Source: Lepidodermella squamata
Lineage: Eukaryota; Animalia; Gastrotricha
DNA: 64,000 nucleotides
Assembly: GCA_047495785.1 (NCBI GenBank)
Contig: JBLDXI010000003.1
Span: 1,798,001-1,862,000 of the forward strand
Direction: 5' to 3'
Shown: positions 32,983 through 43,827 of the stretch, in pieces
How the letters are laid out: every line of letters begins with the position of its first letter
How positions within the stretch are numbered: position 1 is the first letter of the stretch
The notes under the pieces: generated by a model
Told to the model about the DNA's origin: nothing
Databases searched by the model: none
The model's input: only the letters and a program-made list of their open reading frames with translations
Program-made: the position numbers and the translations under genes

Positions 32983-34228
32983 TTACGACAGCATCGCTAG
33001 TATTAGATATCCGTCGAAAAACATGGTCAAGCCTCCTGCGGAAGTGAAAAAGACAACATCCGCAAGACGAACAAGCGAGATCTCAGGAATTCGAAATTTC
33101 TCTGCAAATGCAAAAGAGATTTTACGATTGGCTGGAGTCTCATTAACCGCCCATTCTTCCGCGAAGATTGTGTAGGTTGTTATTAGTACTGCCATGAAGA
33201 GATGCAAAGCCAGCATTGAACTGCTGTAGACCATAGTTGAAGTATCTGGAATTGAATCCCGAACACTTGCCAATATGAAGATTTGCAAAATGGCATCTTG
33301 AAGAAAAATAACATTTTTCTAAATTTCGAATCTGATCGATGACTTACTAGAAATCGATAGTAACGTTCTCTTATGACTTTTAGGAGGTAGGAATGCTGTG
33401 AGATAAACTTGCGCCATAAGTAACGTCGATGGCAGGTAAACATTGAAAACATAGCTTGCTGGATTTCGACGAAAGTGAAACGAGAAAATGACTCGATTAA
33501 ATTGCAGTGGAACAAAATTTTCATATGACGCATTGACCAGTATCGATCTGATTCCTAGAATCGACCAAGTTGATTGCGGGTTCAAGAAATTTCGCGGGAT
33601 TGAAATGTTCTGATTCTCAACTTTCAAGTTGAGCCAAGAATCTGGGTACCATGGCTCGATCATTATTCCGCACTCTTGCTCGTCAAATGGAAATTTCGTA
33701 TAGCTGAAACCAACAAAATAAGTAGTTCAAATTTTGAATCTTGAAAATTGGATTTTCCTACTCAAAAGCACAATAGGAAGCGAAAGTACGAGCCACAGTC
33801 CATTCAACAGAGCCATCGGAGTGGAACAGTATCGGACTGTCTTCTGAAGGTGTATTTAGAGAAGCCGAACCGTGGGCTGGATTGATATGCTTCAGCCTAG
33901 GGTACCAAGTGTCTCCTAGCGCCATTTCAATGTATGCGACGTTCCAATCTTCAGATGTGTCCGTCCACTGCGCGCAGGGGTGGTGCCATCGCATGGTAAC
34001 AGCAGCAGTAATAGCGAGTCGGTCATCATTCAACTCTCGAAATCCAAGCGGAGTCAGTCCTATGGTGACTACTATTGGATCACCCGATTCGGCCACCGGG
34101 CGGGAATTTACGTTCAGGCTGCATTTTTCTGCCACAGTCACTTTGAGAAGTTCCTCGTTCGGTATGTATTTAGGCGCGGAAGATACTGCGCCTAAAATTC
34201 CACACACAAAAATAATTACAGAGAACAT
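32983..34228 (-). CDS. Divergent Cys-loop (nAChR-like) ligand-gated ion channel subunit
   Basis: Signal peptide, RPV motif, WYPRL, spliced Cys-loop CAFDYTKFPFDEQEC (C-x13-C), RRNP-M1 and hydrophobic TM segments. Confidence 0.85.
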
Positions 34229-34506
34229 GGTCAGTTGAAAATTGAAAGTGAAAGACTAAACATCGTAGGGGGCAGAAATATTTTCGCGCTCAATTGATTA
34301 ATCGTAAAAATTGCGGGCAAATTCAATTTTCTCTTCATATGCAAAGCACTGTAGTTGTTGTGCATCCGTCCTAATTATATTTTGCCAATTATTAGCTATG
34401 GTTATATTGACTTTGGCACCGATTCAAAAATCTTATTCTTCTGTGCCGTTTTTTTGGGGTGCTGATTTTGTTTTCATCAATTGGATTTAGAAAAATATTT
34501 CCGTTA

Positions 34507-34578
34507 AGGCCCAGGCGGGAATTGAACCCGCGATCTTCTGTTTACGAGACAGACGCTCTACCACTAAGCTACTGAGCC
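34507..34578 (-). tRNA. tRNA-Thr (CGT)
   Basis: Reverse complement of GGCTCAGTAGCTTAGTGGTAGAGCGTCTGTCTCGTAAACAGAAGATCGCGGGTTCAATTCCCGCCTGGGCCT. Confidence 0.95.
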
Positions 34579-34801
34579 TTACTGGTTGCTAGAACAGCTA
34601 ACCACTGTTATTTTTACTGTTATATTAAAGTTGGCGATTACTCTCTGCACAGACGGACTTGGGAGTTGGAAGGCGATAGAATAACAGATCTATTTATTCA
34701 TCATCTTAGTTCTGCCTCATCTTGGGGTGAACAGAATGCGAAATAAATGTGTCAGTTTCATGCGATGTCAGTTATATTGCAAGCATTGGTTTGCGAGTCT
34801 T

Positions 34802-35810
34802 TTATTTCCGGAGAGCGCACCTGAAACCGTTGCAGTCGCTACGAAAAGAACGAAGGCAATTTAAAATATTTTTAGACATTGATGGGGAAAACTTACTTTC
34901 CATCGCAGCAGTCACCAGCAGAAATGCAGTAGGTGCCAGTTGGCATGCACTGAGCATCCTTAGGACGGCACCAACCAACACGGGTTCCGATCTTAGGCGT
35001 GCAGGCCCTAAGGCAAAGAAAGGAGTCATTATTAGCATTTTAAAAAATATAGAAATACTCACAATCCATCGCAACACTCTCCATCTTCGCCGTAGTTGAA
35101 ACAGGTTGCTCCCTCGTTTGTGCATTTGTCAGCCCTGGTGATGGCTTGACCGCTGTTCTTGCAAGTTCCGATAAGTCCAGTTCGCGTCTGGTGTCCAATG
35201 CATTTCCTTGAGTATGCGTAAATCAATGGTATGACATCAATGTTAATAATAAGTTATTTACAGGCCGTCGCAGCACGGGGTGTTACCGAAGATGGTATAT
35301 CTGCAGCCTTGACCCTCTTCGGAACATGTGTCTGACCTGGTGCTCGCTTGGCCGCTGTTTTTGCAAGTTCCGACAAGTCCAGTTCGCGTCTGGTGTCCAA
35401 TGCATTTTCTTGGGTTAACGTAAATCAGTCACATGTACTTCAACTGTTTAAAATAGGCAATAGGCGACTTACAGGCCGTCGCAGCAAGGGGTGTTGCCAA
35501 AGACGGTATATCTGCAGCTGTGGCCCTCTTCGGAACATGTGTCAGACCTAGTGATAGCTTGACCGCTCTTCTTGCAAGTTCCGACAACTCCAGCTCGCGT
35601 TTGGTGTCCATTGCATTTCCTTGAAAAGACAGATCACAAATAGTTCCAATCATGTTGAAAATCCGGCTATACGTACAAGCCATCGCAGCACAGAATTTGA
35701 TTGAAGAAGGTATCTTCACAACGGTTACCCTCCTTAGCACATTGCCCATCGTCAGCACTAACGGCTGCGATGAAAACAGCCAGAGCGGCAAAACAGAAAA
35801 AACGAGCCAT
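34802..35810 (-). CDS. Secreted tandem five-knottin (ICK) precursor, 6 exons
   Basis: MARFFCFAALAVFIAAVSA signal peptide, then five C-x6-C-x(5-9)-CC-x4-C-x(4-12)-C domains. Every intron is phase 2 immediately after CCDG. Confidence 0.85.
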
Positions 35811-35881
35811 TATTATTCGAGATATCAACAAGAAGTTATAAATGAGTTAGCGGTTGGTTATGGAATCAAAGTATTAGGTCG

Positions 35882-36080
35882 GTTTTATAGGCGGAGCTTA
35901 TCGAAATTCTCCGCCACCTGCTTGGTTTCTGTCGCGAGCCATAACCGCTAATGGTGGGTTCTGACCGATTTCTAAGTACGCGCCCGCAAACACGTTATGC
36001 GGGCAGTAAGCAGAATACAGGCTGGGATCAAGGGCAGAACCGGATCGGGTCCAAAAGTTTCCCAGCCCGCATGCACGATC
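35882..36080 (-). promoter_or_regulatory. Upstream block of the five-knottin gene, with TATA (CCTATAAAAC on minus strand)
   Basis: Near-identical to 41248-41445 upstream of the paralog. Confidence 0.6.
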
Positions 36081-36224
36081 GCATCTTCGCAGAAGAAAAT
36101 TAATAGGTACAACAGGAACGCCACAACCATGCCTTCCTACTTTTTGTACGTAACACTTAGCATCACACCTTTCCACATTTTGGTTTAGAAGTAACAGCAG
36201 TAAGCTGTCTCCAGGATTTAGTCA

Positions 36225-36296
36225 GGCTCAGTAGCTTAGTGGTAGAGCGTCTGTCTCGTAAACAGAAGATCGCGGGTTCAATTCCCGCCTGGGCCT
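36225..36296 (+). tRNA. tRNA-Thr (CGT)
   Basis: Cloverleaf, anticodon arm TCTGT-CT-CGT-AA-ACAGA, downstream T-run. Confidence 0.95.
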
Positions 36297-36774
36297 TAAC
36301 CAAGATGTTTTTTCTATTCGATAACAAACCAGCTTTGGCCTCTTGCATCGACCTTGAACAGCCAGTGAGACTTTTGGCAATTTAGAAGATTTATTTAATT
36401 CAATAATAGCTTCATTCTTCGTCAGCTCATAACAATGGTTGAACATGTTTGTGTATCATCATAAACCTCCTCGCACCAGCAATTATGAAACTTTCGGCAC
36501 ATCATAGAGATTAGTTTTTGAACTTCAGTAACACGGACTATTCAACACTTGAAGAAGCCGAAAGATTCACAGTCTTTATCGAAGAACAGCGAATGTGCTT
36601 TGACAGTCGATTGGTATTATAGTAGACAAGAATGAACAACGATCGCAGAGTTGCGAAGTATTGAAATAACGTTAACTTGTCTGATAAATATTACAAATTA
36701 CACAATTTTAGTTGAACAATGTGATGAAATCTGTCGACGATGTCCCTTTCTGCAGCCATTTATCATCATGAATC

Positions 36775-39679
36775 CTAATCAAACAGGTTAAATGACCTCA
36801 TCAAAAAACCACTGTCCAAATTCTTATTGTGCAGAACGTGAAGATGAACGAAGAAGAATGCGAAAACGGCGCATGTCAAAACGTAGCAGTCAATTATGCG
36901 AACCAAACCAACTCGCCCATTGAGAAAACGCTTATGTGGGCGCGATTTGACATTCGGATCAAAGTACGAAGTTGCTAACCACAGAATTATCAAGCTGTAA
37001 ATGGTGTTTGCGATGCAAAACCACGCCAAGCTTTGTACCAGTTTGCCCAGAAGGGTGTCGTAAGGCTTTTTGGGGACTTCATTCATAATCGCACTTTGCA
37101 TAACAGTCATTGTCAAAAGCACAGTGACAGAAAAGGCTGAACGATCAGGTACATCTGGAGGCATCAGAAACAGGAACAAATTCAAAGATGCAAGGATCGA
37201 TGACGGAATCGCAAAGTTTTTGATGTAATAGCGAGGGTTTCGAGCGAGGCTCGCCGTAAATTTGAAGGTTGTAACGTTGTAACCCTTGTAAAACACCTGT
37301 CCAGTCGTATTTCGTATGAAAAGCAAGGTCCAACTGTCACCAGAAAGTGAAGGCTTGAAGTCAAATAACAGCGTTTTCTCATCGACAAGAACAACGTTGA
37401 TGTCTCGTTCGAGCGAGAACTCAAAATCGCACGTTTGCGTGTCGAATGGAAATAAATAGAGTGAAAGCTCGCAGGTAGCCTCGAACAAGCCTTCTTTCTG
37501 CCAGTAGAAATCGAAGGTTCGATTGATTTTCGGCACCTTTGAAGACATCATCATTAGGTAATCGTCGTTGATAATCATGTTCCGCATTTGAAGGTTCGAG
37601 TTAGCTGCCGATAGAAAACGAATCTTCGGGCGCCACAGATTTTCGAGGTTGTCGATGTGGATGGTCTCGAAATTTCTACCAGTTGGAAGGGCCGGTGACG
37701 ACAACCATGGACAAGTATTTACTCGCCAGTAGAGAACCATTAGGGCTTTGACGGTGATGACTTCACTAACCGTGTCGATTTCATTAAGGCCTGTAATCTG
37801 AAAGCCAACTTTGATTTTAAGAGGAGCGTCGTAATTCGACAGATTTTCGAAATTTCGAGGCGAATTCACGGAATTGTTGAAGTGACCACAATTGCGCTGG
37901 ATTGAAGTCATGTTGTCGATAAAATCGAACTGCTGACGGTCGAAGAACGGCACCATTTGCTCAGCAAGCGAGTTGCCATTTGAATAGATTGTTTTTTGAG
38001 ATACCAACCGACCGCAAGCGTTACTCAGGCTGGCGATTTCTGCTGCGCCCAATGCAGCGTCATAGAAATAGAAGCAAGCAAACATCGTGGTGTCGTCACC
38101 TTTGAGTGGTTTAGAATCGTTATCGTAGCCAATGCCTAGTTCCATCGAAACATATTCCATTGAAACGCCGTCGATGGGCGTCTGGAAATCTTCACTGAAC
38201 CTCATGCAAATTCCTGAAAAACATTATCAAAACATCTTTTCAACTCTCAATCCCTAACTTTGCGTTATTTCTAATTGTACATACTCTTAAATCGCCAAGA
38301 TACAATTGGGGATAGTGTTGGGTTTCCCCCTGATATGATACGAGGAGCTTACCTCCTGATGATGGTTCAAGATCATAATTCACAGATTGTACATGTACAG
38401 TGCAGTTTGTAAATTGTTCGTTTGAAGTGATCGCGAAAAAACCCCATGTTCCGTTGTGTTGATAATGCCCAGCGGCAGGATATTCGGACGTGAAATCAGT
38501 CGCTGACATTCCGTCGTTGGATATTTTCTGAAAGTATACCCACGTTCTTGAGTCTGTGAATTTGCAGAAAACTGATAGAAAGCCGTAGATAGTGACAACT
38601 CCGCGCCCTTCTTCTCCGCATCCTGATTTTATGTAGAAAGCAAGTGTGAAGCCAGCGCGTGGTCTTGGAAGGCCGTCGTAGGCTACTATTCCGCCAGATG
38701 CGAAGTTTAACCATGTATCATTCCACGAGACACCGCCCTGTGCGTAAGGCCCTTCAAATTTCACCCGCTTCACGTTGTGAGAGCTTGGCTGACGGGGTAC
38801 GATGACGTTGCCCGCCCCGTCCCAACCAAGAAGATTCGAATCAAACGAAAACGGCCAATAGCCAATCAGGTTTTCCCGGCGTGGAATTTCTGTCATGTCG
38901 ATTCGATCGATTTGGCCCATAGTAGCTTTGATTGCGTTACGACACGGCGTTAGGAATAATGATTTCACCTCATCAGCTGTCAAAGCGGCTTTGTAGAATG
39001 AAACGCAAGAAACTAAAGATTCAGATAAATGGCCATCAGAGTCTGAATCAATGTCCAGCCACTCTTCCCTTTTCCCAATCGCGAATATCCGTGAAGTTTC
39101 CTCGGGGTAGATTTTCGTTGATACCGTGAAATTTTCGGCGGACAACTTGTGGTCCTGGCTACTCATTTTATAGACTACAGCCAATTTCGACTTCTTGTCA
39201 AAAGTGACGGCCACAAGACTGCTATCTTCGTAGGTGTAATCACGTGGATATGAATGCTCTGTACCAGCGAGGTCCCAACTATCAGTACCATTTTTAATAT
39301 AAAGGCAGTATCGCAGCATCTTGAAATACCCCTCGAATTCGATCGAGCCAAATTCAAAACCAGTATGCACGGAAACTGTGAAAGAACTCGGAATTTCGGG
39401 TATGGAATAACTGGCGATACTTATTCCGCTCGAAAGTTCGTAGTACCCAGTATCGGCTATGTTGTTACTGCGGAAATTGAAGGTGCTATTGGTGGGCAAC
39501 GGTTTCAACACTTCGCCTCTTCTGGTGAATCCATTCAAACCCGAACGCGCGTCCATAGGCCAGAATGCGATTAGCTTATCCAGGCGTGGCAGCTGGAGCT
39601 TTGAAACATCCAAGCCGCTCGTAAGTACCGCTAAGCAACTGGCTAGAAAGATTATTTGAAAATTCATGCGAACGAACAT
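36775..39679 (-). CDS. Cys-loop ion channel with two N-terminal LamG/pentraxin-like domains (exons 39679-38353, 38213-36775)
   Basis: Phase-1 intron GTAAGC...TTTTCAG (139 nt) joins the ORFs in frame (PSSG-G-ICMRF). Domain repeat LIAFWPM..VSCVSFYKAALTADEVKSL / LIGYWPF..FACFYFYDAALGAAEIASL, the second copy spanning the intron. Followed by WRPKI, CELSLYLFPFDTQTC and 4 TM segments. Confidence 0.82.
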
Positions 39680-40580
39680 TCAGTGTGAAAGATTTGTTCC
39701 AAATGACTGTAAAGGAGAAAATGGGCTTGTTTGATTTGTGGTGCGCATTGCGTGTTGAAATTTTCATTTCCTGCTCGAATAAACCGGTTTGGTTTTCGAT
39801 TATTATTTTTCCAAGTCAATATTATAATACTTTTATCCAAGCAGAATATTTCGCATACATTTTGAAAGTATTCACGGATAATCGATCATTGCGCGTGCGG
39901 GTTCCGACGAGAAGCAATGAACTTCGAAACAAAACACAAGGCCGTGGAAGAAGAACAAGAACAAGGTATTAGATTATTATGAAAATTTCTAAATAATTAC
40001 AAAGTGTCCCATAAGTAACGAAAGCAAAGGAAATAATCGGGAAAGGGTTCAGAAAATCAGAACAAGTCATATCTCACAGCCAGAAAAAATTGAGAAAATT
40101 CAAAAGATCACAGGAATAGTAATCAAGTAAGTCACTTGTAATAAATAAATAAATTCCAGAGAAATTCGTTCCAACCGAGTAAAATACCGAACATTACCGA
40201 ATCCCGAACCGGTTACCATCGGGTTTTTCCGAGTATTTTGATATTTTGTCGGCTAAAAGTTATAATATTCTCTCGGTAGGTAACGAGCTGCAACGAGCTT
40301 CCACTGGCTTTCGAGCGCTAAACCAATGTTGCTGTTTCCTGACGTCAAAGCAGTAAACTCATGAAGTCAAAATGTGGGAGTGGTGATTGGTTGCAGGTTT
40401 TTCGAGAGAGTTGCTCTTGTCAAGCTCTTGCCTAGCAGAAACCAAAGGAAAACAAACAACAGCCTCGACAAGTATTAAGCATCATATCTATTTATTCGCC
40501 AATTATCCTTCGCCCTCCACTTGGGAAGGGGGACGAAATAAAGCAAAATGGGATATTAGATACATTGGGTTTCGAATAGT

Positions 40581-41175
40581 TTATTTCTTGAGAGCGCACT
40601 TGAAATTGTTGCAGGTGCTAAGAAAAGAAAGAAGGTAATTAACATAGCTGTACGTAGCAGCAATTGAGCAAACTTACTTTCCCTCGCAGCAGTTACCAGA
40701 GTAAATGCAGTAGGTGCCAGTTGGCATACACTGAGCATCCTTAGGACGGCACCAGCCAACACGGGTTCCGATCTTAGGCGTACAGGCCCTTTAGTACAGA
40801 AAGGACTATTTTTAGCATTATTTCAATCTAGGAATGCTTACAGTCCCTCGCAACACTCTCCATCTTCGCCGTAGTTGAAACAGGTTGCTCCCTCGTTTGT
40901 GCATTTGTCAGCCCTAGTAATAGCTTGACCGCTATTCTTGCAACTTCCGACAACTCCCGCTCGCGTCCAGCGTCCGTTGCATTTCCTTTGATAAGCACAA
41001 ATCATTTGTAAGGTTTATCAGCATGGGAAAATATTACTTACAGGCCGTCGCAACACGGGATTTCGTTGAACTCGGTATATTCGCAACGGTTACCCTCCTT
41101 AGCACATTGACCATCGTCAGCGCTAACCGCCGCGATGAAAACAGCCAGAGCAACGAAACAGAGAAATCGTGCCAT
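40581..41175 (-). CDS. Secreted tandem three-knottin (ICK) precursor, 4 exons
   Basis: MARFLCFVALAVFIAAVSADDGQCAKEGNRCEYTEFNEIPCCDGL|KCNGRWTRAGVVGSC..CTNEGATCFNYGEDGECCEGL|ACTPKIGTRVGWC..CMPTGTYCIYSGNCCEGN|TCNNFKCALKK*. Confidence 0.85.
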
Positions 41176-41247
41176 TATTTTCCAAGGAAATTAGGATGAG
41201 AAGAAATTATAAGTGTGTTTGTGGTTGGTTGGCGGGACAATGCGGTA

Positions 41248-41445
41248 GTTTTATAGGCAGAGCTTATCGAATTTCCCAACCACCTGCCTTATCTCAGCCG
41301 CCAGTCATAACCGCTAATGGCGGGTTCAGAGCAGTTTCTAAGTACGCGCCCGCAAACACGTTATGCGGGCAGTAAGCAGAATACAGGCTGGGATCAAGGG
41401 CAGAACCGGATCGGGTCCAAACGTTTCCCAGCCCGCATACACGCT
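41248..41445 (-). promoter_or_regulatory. Upstream block of the three-knottin gene, with TATA
   Basis: Near-identical to 35882-36080. Confidence 0.6.
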
Positions 41446-41884
41446 GGCTTCGCAGCAGAAAATTAATAGTTCAAACAAGAATGCATAGACATTGATACAA
41501 GATCGGAAACGTACAGTTCGTCATAAAGTGTTATCAACATAAACCAAAATGTCGAGAAAAACGGACAAAACGTGTTTAATTTACGTATACAATTTATATC
41601 ACATTTTGGTAACTTGTAAACCAGATTTTCACGCCAGAATTATTGGTACATTTTGTTTTCAAATTTAATGATTCAGTTTCACCTCAGTAACAATAAATCA
41701 TATTTGTAGATTTTAGATATATTTCACACACTGTTTAGTGATCTGAATTCCTGTAAAATTTAGCCCTATCAGGGAATTTCGCGGGCTATCAGAAGCAATA
41801 GAATTTATGTCAGCAAAAATGTTGGTTGATTTGTTACTAAATTTTGGAAATAACCATTTTAGCTAAACTACGAAAGTGGCTCAA

Positions 41885-42458
41885 GTTTGCGCCCCGATAT
41901 AGGTGCACCGCGTGTTTCTGGCCGACGGTTAGCCACCCAAGTCGATGCTGAAGCGGTGTCGGATCTGCCAAAAGATGTACGCCGTGTATGATTTTGATAG
42001 CTCGATCTTGTGACGATTGCAGATTGTCGCTAGTCGAATTTGACGCCTGCCCAAGGGTTACGTCGCCATAATTCAGATAGCTGACGACCAGCCCATTGTT
42101 CTTCATAGCTGCAGTTTTGCGATCGAGTCCAGCCTGTCAGCCTCGACAGCCTGTTTGAGAGCAAACAAGCCTTTTCTTGCTTTCCTTTCAGCCATCTCAA
42201 CGTGCTCATCGAATTTTAACTTGATGTCGATATCAAAACCAAGGGTTGATTTCTGACGGCTTTGTCGCAACCTCGCCGATTGAGACATTGAAATCGGGCG
42301 CTGTCAAGAAGTTGTGGCTTGAGAAGCGTGAATTGCCATTCACTGCAAGGCTGTTTTGTTTAAGCCATGCGCACACCCTGTTGATTTTTTATTGAAGAAC
42401 TGAATGGAGTTCGTTGATGTTCTTCCATCCGTAAAAAATGGTAATGCCGTCGGCGTAT
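41885..42458 (-). mobile_element. Degenerate non-LTR retrotransposon (CR1/L2-group) RT C-terminal fragment
   Basis: QYADGITIF (YADD-like)...WLKQNSLAVN, LGFDIDIKLKFDEHV, SYLNYG..LQSSQDRAIKII..LGWLTV, with stops and frameshifts. Confidence 0.75.
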
Positions 42459-42540
42459 TGTGCTATACACCGCATCAACTCAAAATCAAAATCAAAACCA
42501 TATTATACTCATTATTTTTTCATGCGAGAACATCATATCG

Positions 42541-42650
42541 TTAGCGTCGTTGAATACTAACTCGGATTTAGGCTTGTTTACATCCATTTCAAGATCGCCA
42601 GTGACAAGTAAAAAGCGGCTTTTTTACGTGAATGAAGAGGCAAAAACAGA
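42541..42650. mobile_element. MITE family partial copy
   Basis: TTAGCGTCGTTGAATACTAACTCGGATTTAGGCTTGTTTACATCC...GTGAATGAAGAGGCAAAA. Confidence 0.6.
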
Positions 42651-43324
42651 AGGCTGAAATAACTGAACCAAATACAGTCGACGACATTTCAGCTGCGACA
42701 ATTTAGCTGACGACAGTTCAGCCCATTATACATAAAAATATGACGCCGTTTCAGCCCGCGACAAATTAACCAACGTCAGTTTAGTCCCAGTTTAAACAAT
42801 CATTTAACTGGGGACATTCAGCATTGCTCTTAGGTTTTCTGATGTTTCAGGGATCATGTTATCCTAGCCCATCTCGAATAGAGCCCAGTTTTTCACCCTT
42901 TTGGGACATTAAGAATCTAGAGGACCGGGCTGGTATTTCAACATTTGCGGTATGCCACTTAGGTGACCCTGGAGAAGTGTGGAAATCGCTAGAGGGACTG
43001 GGAGTAGGAAAAGACCTTATCGAAAATATAAAGGCCATATAAAGAGACTGCATAGCAGCAGTTAGGGTTGGCGAAGTTTCGAATTTCGACTTGACGCAAG
43101 CTCACTATTCCGTTTTTCCCTCCTGATTGCGCCATAAATGTTGGGGGCTGTACGAAACTAAGGGGGCTCTGAATTGAGCCATTAAAACTGTCCTGCTTTC
43201 CGTAGAAGACTTTGCATTAGTAAACCGGTATCGAGAGCGAGGTGTAGTTCATTCGTTTCTCGTTTCCATTCCACATTCCACTCTGATCATTAAGTTACCT
43301 ATGGCTGTACACAGGATCCAGTCA

Positions 43325-43396
43325 GGCTCAGTAGCTTAGTGGTAGAGCGTCTGTCTCGTAAACAGAAGATCGCGGGTTCAATTCCCGCCTGGGCCT
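43325..43396 (+). tRNA. tRNA-Thr (CGT)
   Basis: Identical to 36225-36296. Confidence 0.95.
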
Positions 43397-43827
43397 ACAA
43401 TCATCAATTTTTGCAAAATCTGAAACCCAAGCCCCAAAACGGACTGATTAATCCAACAACATACCAAAGTTACACGATTGATAAATTGGAGATTAGGGTG
43501 CGGCTCATTTAGTGTAGGATTAGCGATGAGTAACGCATTTTTTTTCGGTCGCAGCCTGATTGTTTACCTTGGTCGTACCACCCAAGTCCGGTATCTCTAC
43601 TACCACGTGATCATGTTTATGTGTTTGTATCTAATCTACCGTCTACCGTATACGGTAAAAAAATGACGAGAAGCAAAAAAAACGTGACCAGAGATTATAG
43701 AGCACGTGAAACGGCGCGTGGGCATCGGTGATTCGCATGAGCGCTCGACCTGCATTGGCGCATAAATACTTCCTGCCTGTTTAATTCAGACACAATAAAA
43801 ACGAAAAAAAAACAGTAACCAAGCAGA

